DNA of 64,000 nucleotides from Podarcis tiliguerta. Its lineage: Eukaryota. Shown here piece after piece: positions 1-12,600 of the stretch; the first letter of the stretch is position 1, and every line of letters begins with the position of its first letter. Made by a program: the position numbers and the translations under genes. The stretch lies in NCBI GenBank assembly GCA_965153285.1, contig OZ229110.1; one strand, written 5' to 3'. A model generated the notes under the pieces. It had not been told where the DNA came from, did no database searches, and worked only from the letters and a program-made list of their open reading frames with translations.

Positions 1-179
1 AGCGGCTTAGAAAAAGGGGGTGGGGAGCAAAAAAAAATCTCAAGACTCGCAAGACATTTTCGTCTTGCAAAGCAAGCCCATAGGGAAATTTGTCCTGCGA
101 AGCGCATCGAAAAACGGAAAACCCTTTCGTCTAGCGGGTTTTCCGTCTTGCAAGGCATTCGTCTTGCGGGGTACCACTG
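1..179. mobile_element. Tigger/pogo-like MITE, right part (same family as 2001-2346)
   Basis: Ends GCATTCGTCTTGCGGGGTACCACTG|TA and is near-identical to ~2163-2346. Confidence 0.8.
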
Positions 180-495
180 TACACAGTTGAGATCAAAATG
201 GAGTCAGGGCTCAGGACTAGCATCCTTTCCCATCAGCTACATGACAAAGAAAAAAGACTAAGCTCTGAGCATGGAGGAGGTAGTAAGGATTATTTCCCCA
301 TTGTTACTTTTCTTGCTAGGGCAAGCAAAGGATGTGACCTCACAGAATGCCCTCTCTAGGAATTTACAGGGGGGAACTCCATGTGTCTTAACCCTTTGCT
401 TACTTAGCAACACATGACGTTTTATTTTCGCTGCAATCATTTCCCACAGTTCTGGACTAGTTTCTGTAGATTGTAAGATTACTTTTCTTCTTTAG

Positions 496-621
496 ATGAT
501 TCTAATTAAAAAACAACAGCTTGCAACACTTCCATCTACAATTGCACCTCCTACTGCACAAGAACTTCTGCGTAATGTCATTTGGCTACAGAATGACAAA
601 AAACAGGTAGAATACATTCAG
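496..621 (+). CDS. SLC9C1: SLC9C-like exon A (C-linker region), phase 0-0
   Basis: ttttcttctttag|ATGATT...ATTCAG|gtaagc; [42 protein letters not shown]. Confidence 0.9.
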
Positions 622-3600
622 GTAAGCATAGTCGTAAAACATATTTCTATGCTTAAAAATAGTCTGTGTCTTATTTATACAAGGCCCCAAGAATGTAGAT
701 CCTTCATTCCATGGGAGATTTCCGATCCTGCTCCACTCATCAGGAGCTACCTGGCCGACTGGCCAGCCAGCCTTGCATCCGTGCATTGAATTTGTCATCT
801 GAATATGATCTGTTATCTCAGAATCCAAGGCTCGTCAGCCCACTCTTTTTACTCTTATTGCACAATTACTACTCCTTGATTTTGATGTGTAATATTTTTC
901 ATTTGTCCGGTGCAGTCAGATTGTACACAGAGAGAGCTTATACATTCAGATTCAAAGGAATGTAATGTATCATTATGTGTGTCAACCAACATTTATTTCC
1001 AAAACCCATCCCTATTCATTGCTTTCTACAACCTCACCTCCCATCTTCTGAAAACTGCTGCTGCTTTAACAAAAAAAAAAAAAATCATTTTTTCTTCATT
1101 CTCACTTCCTGTGATACCTTGGCCTTACAAAGATAGAATATCTCCATGTGAGATGACCACTTTTTCTATTTTTCCCATTGGAATCTCCTACCCTGACCAG
1201 TGTCCTGGGAGCTCCTGTCCCCACCCATCTCTCATGAATGTGTGATTTTCTTATTTACTCCCTATGTTTGACTATGTGTTTGGAACCCTGCCCTGGGATA
1301 AGGGGAGCTGTTTTTGAGGGGTGATTTTTGAATGGGTAACATGACACCCTTCTCCAATGTCTCATCTTATCAAAATGACAATCTTCTGGTGATTTTTTTT
1401 GTTTTAAAATGCTTAGAATTTTTTATGCATATTTGTGTATACTGTCTAATTTGTCCCTGAGTTTTTCACTTATATAAATATGTCAGTATTTAACCTTTAA
1501 TCAATGTGAACATTTTGTAGGCTTTGTATTTCAAATTATCTATTTGTTATTTGACATTTTAATGAATAATGATGAATAGGATTTTAAGATGTCTAACTTT
1601 CTGAACCCGAATGTTGGTTAATTTTTCACTGCCTCAAACCAGATACTGTTGTCTCTCTCAAGTGTTATGTTTCCATTTCTCAAAACATCTTTGTCGTAGA
1701 TTTGCAAAGTTTTGATCAGTTTCCTATAGATTGGAAAACACAATGAATGACTACTATTAATGACATTTACAAGTTATGCATTTCCAGACACACCATAAAA
1801 CTACCATGCACATTTAAACTGTCTCTTTTACATATCTCACCTTTATGTTACATAGTCAAAATACTTTCAAACCTTTTATACTAAGATATAATAGATATCC
1901 AATCAGTATTCCATTTGTTTATTTAAAACTTTTTAAATAAATTGAATGTATATTTGCTGATTCTTCAGGTATTATCTGCCCATTATCTTTCTGCCATATA
2001 CAGTGGTGCCTTGCAAGACGAAAAGAATCCGTTCCGTGAGTCTCTTTGTCTAGTGGTTTTTTCGTCTTGCGAAGCAAGCCCATTAGTGGATTAGTGTATT
2101 AGTGCTATTAGCGGCTATTAAAGGCTTAAGGGATTAGCGGATTAGCTGCTAAAAGGCTATTAGCAGCTTAGTGCCTTAGAAAAAGGGGGTGGGGAGCGGA
2201 AAAAACCCCCAGGAATCGCAAGACATTTTCATCTTGTGAAGCAAGCCCATAGCAAATTCGTCCTGCGAAGCACCTCCAAAACGGAAAACCCTTTCGTCTA
2301 GCGGGTTTTCCGTCTTGCGAGGCATTCGTCTTGCGGGGCACCACTGTATCTATAAAACATCTTACACTGCAGTCTACTTATTATAAAATGTTGCTGTAAA
2401 TAGTACTCCTTTGCTGTCCTCCCAAAGTAAGTTTTCAGAAATATCTTAAGAAATCTTAAAATATTTATGTCCCCTCATTTTGTTGGCATACTTAATAATG
2501 TACTGTGTGTCTTATGCTCTGTAATACTTTCTATACCATGTTCATTTATTTGCTATTTTCAGAGAAAAGCAAAAATTCTTTATTATGATTATGGAGATAT
2601 GATATGTGAGGAAGGTGAATTACCACAAGGAATCCATTTAATTGTATCAGGAATGATAAAGGTAAATGATAGTTATAGACAAAATACCTGAGCAACATAA
2701 ATAACTGGCAAGAAATTAGGGACACCACAATGGTGGATAATATTATACTAAATATAATTTATAACTTTTTACTGCAAGTCTTTAGCACACTTTTATTGGC
2801 TTTAACTTTTTATAGGGATATATATGGTCATGACTTATTTTTTTATCTGCTTATGCAGCTGTAACATAAATAGCACCTTTTTGTCACTATCACCACCAAC
2901 CTATAAACCTGTAAATGGATTATGTGGGGAAATCAATTGTCCACATCCACTTTTGCCTCATGAGGGAAATTCCACACAGGTTGAAATATTCAAGTTGCTA
3001 CGTTCATATGAGTAAGATTTTCCTTTCACCTTGCCCAAATATAAAGCTTTATATCCTTGCTGTCACCAGCAGGGAAAGGGAGGAATTGCCAGATAAATGC
3101 TCCTGTACATTTATTTGAGACTGTGAATGTCCCTTGCCCTCCAAGTGCTCCTCAGACATTATTTCTCTTGTTGGCTATGCGTAAAAAGTCCCAATTCTTA
3201 GGAGTCCTTTTGGACTATCACAGTCACAAATCAGAAAAGGGTTTTCCCCTTTCTTTTCTCAGACGCATAAGAACCACAAGAAGAGCCTGCTGGATCAGGT
3301 TGACAGCACATGTAGTACAGCATCCTGTTCTCACAGTGGTCAAACAATTGCCTGTGGGAAGCCAGCAAGCAGTATTTGAGCACAAGAGCACTCTCCCCTC
3401 CTGCAGTTTCCAGCAACTGGTGTACAGAAACATTGCTGCCGCCAGCTGTGAAGGCAGAGCATAGCCACCATGGCTCACCGTGACTAGTAGCCATCAGTAG
3501 CCCTGTCCTCCATGAATTTGTCTCATTCTTTTTTAAAGCCAACCAGTTGGGTGGTTATCTCTGCCGCCTATGGGAGTGAGTTCCATAGTTTAGCTATGTA

Positions 3601-6600
3601 CTGCATGGAGAAGTACTTCCTTTTATCTGTCCCGAGTCTTCCAACATTCAGCTTCATTGTATATCCACAAGTTCTTGTGTTAGGAAAGAGGGAGAAAAAC
3701 TTTCCTCTGTTCACTTTATCCATGGTTCTAGATTCAGGTAGGTAGCTGTGTTGGTCTGACGCAGTAGAAATAAATAGATAGATAGATAGTCCAGTAGCAC
3801 CTAAGAGACCCACTAAGTTTGTTCTTGGTATGAGCTTTCGTGTGCATGCACACACACACGAAAACTCATACCAAGAACAAACTTAGTCTCTAAGGTGCTA
3901 CTGGACATTTAAAAAAATATATATTTCCACTTTATTCATGCCATGCATAATTTTATAAACCTCTTATCATGTCACCTCTTACTCTCCATTTCTCTAAACT
4001 AAACAGTCACGAATGTTGCATCCTTTCTTGGCATGGCAATTTGTAGTCGCTTGCATGAAAGGCCTCTTCTTCTTCCCTCTCCTTTCCCTTTTCCAACTCC
4101 TATACTGGCAAGGACAAATTTTATTTTAATTTAAATGCAGCTGCTGTGCAAAAATGTTTCTCTGCAAACGAGCTGTTTATAAAATACCACAAACTGATGG
4201 AAAAAGGCAGGCTCTATCATTTCCTTTGGAGTGATGGAAACAAAATGAAAGTAGTGGATGTGGCAACAGAAGGCAATAAGCAAAATGTCACCACCACAGA
4301 TGTAAAAAAAAGCCCATCCATACAATGTGGTTCAATGCATCCACAGTTGAATAATGTGCAATTTTATTTTGGATTTTATTCCCGTATCAGATTATCTGCT
4401 GATTGGGAAAATCCAAATTTAGCAGGGCGGAAATGTGGAAACTTGGATGAGAAGGTTGGCTTGTGGCCATTGCAAATTTTTTTAAAAAATAAAATAAAAA
4501 CACAAACAGCTTCAAATCTTAACTCTGATGTAGATGAACCCATTAACTGGCTACAGTGATCCATGCTCTTATCACCTACCTGAATTATTTAAAATTCATT
4601 TACGTTTGGGTTTCTTTGAGGAAACCATCCCCCCCCCCCCAATACATTATGTGCCTTCTCATGCACTTCACTGAACATCAGGTCCTGCTCTGCGTCCCTC
4701 TGCTAATTGAAGTTCGGCGGCTGGACACAATGAACAAAGCCTTTTCAGTTGTCCTGATTCTTTGCAATGAGCTCTGAGCAGCCATAGGATTGCTTCCTTA
4801 TTTCCAGTATAGAGGTGTCCTTACAACAGTTGTATGAATTTAGACAGAGACGAGCCCAATATCATTTTTGCCTGATCACCCCTCTTTCTCCAGTTTTTGC
4901 CCCAATTCTCATGATATGTTTTATATTGCCCCCTGCCCCAGCCCCTACAAGCTTCACAGATGCCTCTGGCCTCTTCTGAGCTTGAACAGATACTTCATGT
5001 TGTAATTCAACCTTTTACCTAGTGGCTTTCTCAGCTGTCCCTTCCTGTTGCTCCTGTTAATAAAATCAGTCATATAGGAACAGAAATAGCTTTGAATAGG
5101 ATTTTTAAAAACTGTTCAAATCCCCAGAATACTGAGGCTGCTATGTTTCCAATTCCAAAACTCATGTATTTTTGGAAACATCCAGTGATGTCTACCTGCT
5201 TGCACAATGGCACTTCCAGTTTCTGTGTTTCCCCTCCCCACTCCTGGTCATCCCGAAAATCTGTACCAGAGTGTCCCACAGTTCTCTGAAGCAGATTTTG
5301 GGAGCATATGGGGAAAGAAAGAAGCGAGTGGGTGCCTTGCATGAGTGACTGTCCACTTGCACCATGTTGGATCTCACTCTTAGTAAATATAATTTTTCAA
5401 AAATATCAAAAACTATTTTGACATATAAACAGCAGAAGAGTCAATATGGAGCTTAACATCCTGTTATATTTCAAAGTATCTTTTATTGTGGCTAAACAAT
5501 GGTCAGAATTGTTCCCTCGTCTTTGTATGCTAATTTAAGTATACCACAGTGATCGACACATGTTTATTGCATGAAAAAGTGGAACACGTGCGCGCACACA
5601 ACTTATATTAAATCTTCACAGGCTTTTCTTTTTTGCTTTCGTCTCCTCCTAATTGTCATAATGTCTTGGCTTAAGTAATGATAGCAATTTTGTCTCCCCC
5701 TCATATACAGCTTTCAGATATAAAGGACAAAATACCTTAGTTCACCTCAGCAGGAAAAAAATAGTAAAATAACAGTAAATTACTTTTAGACTTTCATCAC
5801 CTAATTTTTTGCTTTGCCTGGAGAAGTCTTTTTCCTCCTCAGCTTTTCTGAATTTATAATAATAAAGAAGGTTATGATTAATTTGCGGATAAAGTAACCT
5901 TTCTACAAATGTACCCTACTCAATAAATGAACAAGCTGCTTACATTAATTAAAGTAATGTCATCCTGTGCCCAAATTGCTTGTGCTAATAAGGCAAATTG
6001 GCAACAGCAAGCATTAAGCGTGATTAGTCATATGTATCTAATGTCATCACCAGTGCCTATAATTGTCTGCATAGAGAGAATTTCACATCTGTTTTAAATC
6101 ATTTGTATGGTCTCTGAAAATGATGTTCATTCCTGTATTACATGAAATACATTCTTCAGATCTTGTGTTGCATCATAAAATTGGTTCATAATTTAAAACA
6201 CAAATTACTGGATACTGAAATGGATAGTACTTTTATTTAGACCTATAGCCTGCTAAATGCTCAGGAATTCCAAGTAGGTAGTAACTTTATAAAATAAGAC
6301 CAGTGAGACAAGAGTTAAGAAATTCAGCTATATGTGAACTATATGCTTATCCCAAGCCTGCCAGACCCCATAGGGAAATTGTCAGTAATAGTGGTAAAAG
6401 TTCCATCAGCTGTGGAGGAGGTATTTTCTTTTTTATACAGTGGTACCTCAGGTTACAGACATTTCAGGTTACAGACACTTCAGGTTACAGACTCCGCTAA
6501 CCCAGAAATAGTACCTTGGGTTAAGAACTTTGCTTCAGGATGAGAGCAGAAATTGGCAGCGGTGCAGCAGCAGCAGCGGGAGGCTCCATTGGCTAAAGTG

Positions 6601-9600
6601 GTGCTTGAGGTTAAGAACGGACCTCTGGAACGAATTAAGTTCTTAACCTGAGTACCACTGTACATCATTGCTTAACAGGTTGTAGTGCTTGGAAACCGTA
6701 AAGAACACTCCAGTTTGCTAGCAGTAGTTGTGCACAAGAGAGCGACGTGCCTTTGCAGGACAGTAGAGTATCTGCTAGAGCTGGGCAAGGCCTCTCTGAT
6801 TTGGTTTGGGGCAGTGTTGTTTAGTCGTTTAGTCGTGTCCGACTCTTCGTGACCCCATGGACCAGAGCACGCCAGACACTCCTGCCTCCCACTGCCTCCT
6901 GCAGTTTGGTCAAACTCATGTTGATAGCTTCAAGAACACTGTCCAACCATCTCGTCCTCTGTCGTCCCCTTCTCCTTGTGCCCTCAATCTTTCCCAACAT
7001 CAGGGTCTTTTCCAGGGAGTCTTCTCTTCTCATGAGGTGGCCAAAATATTGGAGTCTCAGCTTCACGATCTGTCCTTCCAGTGAGCACTCAGGGCTGATT
7101 TCCTTCAGAATGGATAGATTTGATCTTCTTGCAGTCCATGGGACTCTCAAGAGTCTTCCCTGTTTGGTGCAGATATGTTTGGACTCACAGCAACCTGATT
7201 CAGAGTCCAAATCAAGATTCAGAAATCTGAATCTTGTATTCCCCATTGACTTGCATTGGGAACCCAAAATGGTAATCCCCCCCCCCCACATAAGTGCATG
7301 AAAATTGTAGACGTATTAGCCCCTTAAAAGAAAATTTACTCTGCTTGATCTCAGACATATAGATCCAGTGTGTTTCTTGCTAGCTATGTTTAAAGTTTGC
7401 ACGGTCTTTAACATTTTGAAAAAAATAATTGAGTGCTCAATCCTGCTAAATCTCATGCACCAGTTTTGCTTGCTCTATTAAGATATTTTTTTTAAAAAAA
7501 AATTGATTAAAGGGTGCAATTCCATCTCTCAGACACCTACGTAAGTAAAAAAAACCAGACAGACACCCTAGCCAGAACATCTCCCAAGTGCAGAGCTGAA
7601 TTACTTCACTGAAAGACAGTGAGGAAGATCCTTCTGTACGTGGATACAAAGCCTGACGTTAAAGAACAGAATTTGGGGTGTAGAAGTTGGAAAACAGTAG
7701 AAAAGTCAGGAAATTAGATATGCCCATATCTGTTCACAGTATCCATTTCAATTTTTGTGTGGGAGGCCAGTGCACAAAGAACTTGGAGGGCTTTGGTGCA
7801 TTGTGCACATGTATGCACAGGAAGTCAACATATTTTTAAAATAGAACTGGAAACTAGGGGAAATACAAACATTTTCTGTCAGCCAACCCAGAAGTCTCCC
7901 AAATGGTCACACCTCCCCCTCTGATTCATAGTGGGTAGCTATGTTGGACTTCATTTTACCTATTTTTTAAGTCTTTAGCAGCCCCACTACTCTCTATGGA
8001 GGTACAGATATCACTGCTGCTGAGGAAGACTTGCAATGTGAGAAACAGTTGACTCAGCTCGAATCTTCCCACTTTTCAGTCCAGAGATACATCAGAATGA
8101 TGTTCTTATGGCTCTAGCATGGAGCAGGAGGGTCATGTTCCTTCTGTTAAGCCCAAGATCTCCAACTGGACAATCTTATATAATGAGTTACATAAGGCAA
8201 ATACCATCTAACTTCATAAGAAGGAGCTAAAGAATTTAGCCAAAAGTATGAAAGCCACCATTTGATAGCAAGCAGAACATGTTTCAGAGATGGCTAGCTA
8301 GTGTTACCAATGTATCTACATATGTGTTTAAACAGTGCAAGAAATGTGAATCTTGACATGGTCAGCATTTACATGTAGTTGCATTTGTGTGAGAAGAGAA
8401 ATAAAGATGTATTTATTATTTTTAAGTAAACTTCAATGAGTTCCTTTTGAACCCAGTATGACTTACCTCAGCATTAACATGTATAGAATTGCAGTCTTAG
8501 TATTGCACTTTTCTGAAAATGTAGCAAGTGTAGATTTTGAAAGCTATGACTGGAACAAGGGTGGAATTCAGGTAGCGCTCAGGCAGTCTTCCCATCAGTG
8601 TAAGGCTTTTTCCTTGCGCGATGTAACATCCTCCTCCCCATCCCCATCCCCCCTCAGCTCTGCTCTAGTGTCCCCCACGCCCTCTGGAGCAGATCTGGGT
8701 ACAGCATGGGGTGAGAGCAGGGAAATCCCATTGGGCATGCAGATGTCATTTTGCCTGTGCAATTATTCAGTTGAATGCTGCCAAAGATCTACAGCAGATC
8801 TTACTTTTTTTCTATCTGAGATTAAATATTGTTTTCCTTCCTTTAAAAATTGTTTACTAGCTTTCTGGTTCCATTCCTCGTTATGGAGTTAGCAAAGAAG
8901 CTTTTAAAGAAATCCGCGCACGTCTTCCAATCACTTCCTATACAGACTACCTGGTTGCTGGGGCTATAATAGGAGAACTCAACTGCTTGACGAAGCAAGA
9001 AATGGAGTATAGCGTTACATGTGAAACTGCTGTGCAGGTTGGAGAATTCTGCTTTCCAATATGTTACATGAAATTCATTTTGCTTAATAATTGGCAATAG
9101 ATTTAAACTAGAGCGGAGGTGAAATTTTGTGTATTAGTGAAACCTGGTTTTTTACATTTTAATCCAGTTTTGGATTTGGGAATTCTTACAAATTTCGTCT
9201 TAGAACATGAGAACATAACCAGCATTCACTTCTCACTGTGGCCAACCAGATGACTAGGGGAAGCCCACTAGGAGGACATGAGGACAATAGTACTTTCATG
9301 CTCTTGATTTCCAGCAACTGTTACTCAAAGGTGTATTGCATCTGACACTGGGGGTAATAATGGACTTCAAGACTAGCTGACAGTGACAACCTTATTCTCC
9401 ATGAGTTTATGTAATCCCCCATTAAAGCAGTGCAAGTTGATTGCCATCGCTACATCTTGTAGTAGCAAATTGCATAAATTTTTCTATGTGCTTTGCGAAG
9501 TAGCATTTTCAATTTTCTGTCATGAATCTTCCAACATTCCACTTAATTGGATGATCCCCTAGTAATATGAGAGAGAAACATCTCTTTCTCCACATGGTGA

Positions 9601-12600
9601 TAATTACCAGAGTTAAAGGAATGATGGGAATTCTGGTACAACATCTGGAGGGTGTCACTTGCTTATCCCTACTGACATGAAAGTTGGGGAAATGGACACA
9701 ACAGCAAAAGCAGCTAATGAAATTTTGAATTTAGGCTTAAAACAATAAAAACTTTGAACCGAGTCAAATTAGAACTGTATACAAGAGTGGAAGATCTTGA
9801 AAATCTCAGCAATCAACCTGAGAATCCTGCATTTAATCAGAAGAGGTTTCTAGTGAAGTAACAGAGCTGTATGAAAGCAGCCATTAAAAGCATCTGCAAA
9901 AGCAAAGTGTGTTGTACATAGAAGCAGAAATTACCAGGCAATGTATTTTTCTTTTTAGCAGAAAGGAAAGATTTGGAGCATAAACATAAGTAATGTAACT
10001 ATGTACAGTTAATAGACAAAATGAAAAGGATTGGAAACACTGGAAATTATGCTGTGGAGAATAGCAGTAGTGATTCAGGACCTTACCTTCAGTAGTGGCA
10101 GCACTGCGATAGCAGCAGTGATTTGATCTACTGTAGCTCCTGTCTGCAAGCCACCCACCATCTTGATAGTCCCACAATGCCCGAGTGCAGCTGTATCCAG
10201 AGGTTATTGCTGCTGGGATCCAAAGAATTACACAGCTACCTCCATATATCAAAGAGGTGTTTGGGTTTCCTACACAGTGACCCTCTATTCTAGGAGGCAA
10301 ATTGCTTTTGAAATTGAGGAGACGTAGCAATATCCTCACTGGGCATGCCTAACATTTTTGTAAGCCTTTGAATCCCAACTACCAAGAGGAATCCTGACAG
10401 CAGAAACAATTGTCCCATTGCTATAATGTTCAAATTGGCCCCAGAAGGGTATCGTTTAAAGCAGCAACTTTTCTCTCATGCGATAATTCTTAAGAAATTT
10501 AATTTAAATACAGAAATGTCTCTTTCCGCCTAGGAATATATAATTTAAATGAAATGTAACAAGAATTTTAATTGTGCAGAATTTATCTTCTTTCTTAGAA
10601 TGTAGCACTCAAAATGTTTGGAAATATGCAAACACCGTTGCTTTGATTAAAGGTTATCATTTCTCATTTTCTTGCTTTATTTTTTCAGACATGTTTTATC
10701 TCTATAGATGATTTGCTAGAAGCTTTTGATAAGTTTTTGGAACCCCCCTCCCTAGAATATAAAATATGGCTGAAACTTGCTCTTGATATTGCTCTCAGAA
10801 CTTTCAAGGAAAACCTTCCTAACCAGGTAGGTGCATGTGTTCTTGCATGTGTAATGTGTAATACATTTCTGTGTTGTCTGCAGTCACACACAAAAAAACC
10901 ATATCGAAATCTACATCTTAAATTTATGTGAGACAATTAGGCATATTTAACTGGTCAGTATTTTACCAATTTTGCAGTGAGTGGCTCCTCCCACTAAAAT
11001 CAGGCAAAATCACCCTAGTGCACATTGTCAATCCAGCAGTGCAAGGAGTGTACCAGGAGGGAGGCTGTGGATCAGAGGAGTGTCCCCCTTCAGGTCAGAG
11101 GGTTCACCCTCTTAAGGTGCTGAAGTTTTCTGCAAGGGGGTGGAGCCTAGAGGAGGACGTCCACTCCCAGTCTTCATTGGAACATGTTGCTCACTTGGAT
11201 CTATCTGTGGTCCAGCAACCTTTTTATTCTCACAACTCTGAAATAGGTTGGGCGGAGATACTGTACTGGCCAAAGGTCATCCTCAGTGAGCTTCATGACT
11301 GAATGGGGATTTGAACCTATTTTCTCCCCAGTTCTATTCTATACTGGATTATCTAGAGGAGTTAGACCATGACTAGACTTTAATTAATTCATAACTTGTT
11401 GGAATTTTGCAGCTTAATACTAGAAAAAAGCATGGAGTTTGAACTGAAATGTTGATTGGCATTAAAATGTCTAAAACTGACATACAATAAATGGAAAGTA
11501 AAATGGAATATGTGAATTTTTTTTGTCTTGGATTAAATAATTGGGTTAATACGATGGCACACCAAGGTAGATAACTAAATTGTTGTTACAGCTGAAATGG
11601 TGTAATCAAGGTTGTGTAGGGGTGTGGATTTGTTTGCTCATCATTTTAGATTGTCTGACTGGATTGTTGTGTAAAACTTACATTTTAAACTTTGTTAATA
11701 AAAGTGGTCTAAACCACTGAGCCTCTTGGGCTTGCCAATCAGAATGTAGGTGGTTCGAATCCCCACGACAGGGTGAGCTCCCATTGCTTATTCCCAGGTC
11801 CTGCCAACCTAGCAGTTCGAAAGTACACCAAAAAGTGCAAGTAGATAAATAGGTACTGCTCCGACGGGAAGGTAAACGGTGTTTCCGTGCACTGCTCTGG
11901 TTTCGGTGTTCCGTAGCGCCAGAAGCAGCTTAGTCATGCTGGCCACATGACCTGGAAAAACTGGCTGCAGACAAATGCCCGCTCCCATGGCCTCTAAAGC
12001 GAGATGAGTGCCGCAACCTCAGAGTCGTCTGTGACTGGACTTAACTGTCAGGGGTCCTTTACCTTTACCTTTTTAATAAAAGCATAATGAGGGGATAACT
12101 AAGTAGAATACATTCAAAACTATCAACTTGAAAACTAACTGCTTATGCTGGGCAATCTTTTACATAATTTACTTGCTTAGCGAACAGGCCAAGGAAATAA
12201 TGAAGGTAAGTACACATACCTCCATTTACCAAGTCATATTGTCATATGCAACAGTATAAAACAGAAAGCCTAACAGCACCACTAAATAAAATGTAAATAT
12301 AGACTTACCAATGCTAGACTGATTTTCTTTGAGCTATTTAAAGTTTAAGCCACTATACTCATATCATATTTCAACTTCTGTAAACAATTGCAGAAACTGT
12401 ATCATATGACTTTTCATTGTAGGACTGGAATTACAAGATGTGTGTGCAACTTTCTAATATTTATTTGCTGGATGTACCAAACCACACCAAATGTGACATT
12501 TTTGATGGGACTATGGATGAGGTCATTCTTGTACACGGAACTGTTCTAGATTGTCAACTAGGGCAGCGTTACTATGCACCATTTCTTTTACCGAAAACCT

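Noticed and set aside
3830-3870. Possible minimal hammerhead ribozyme in the Penelope-like palindrome
   Set aside because: The GTGTGCATGCACAC stem and GAAA are present, but there is no adjacent CTGANGA core in this copy.
6448-6492. Three TCAGGTTACAGAC repeats resembling a small array
   Set aside because: Internal subterminal repeats of a MITE with no unique spacers; eukaryotic context, not CRISPR.
11745-11775. GGTTCGAATCCC as a tRNA gene
   Set aside because: It is the tRNA-derived head of a Sauria SINE; no cloverleaf.
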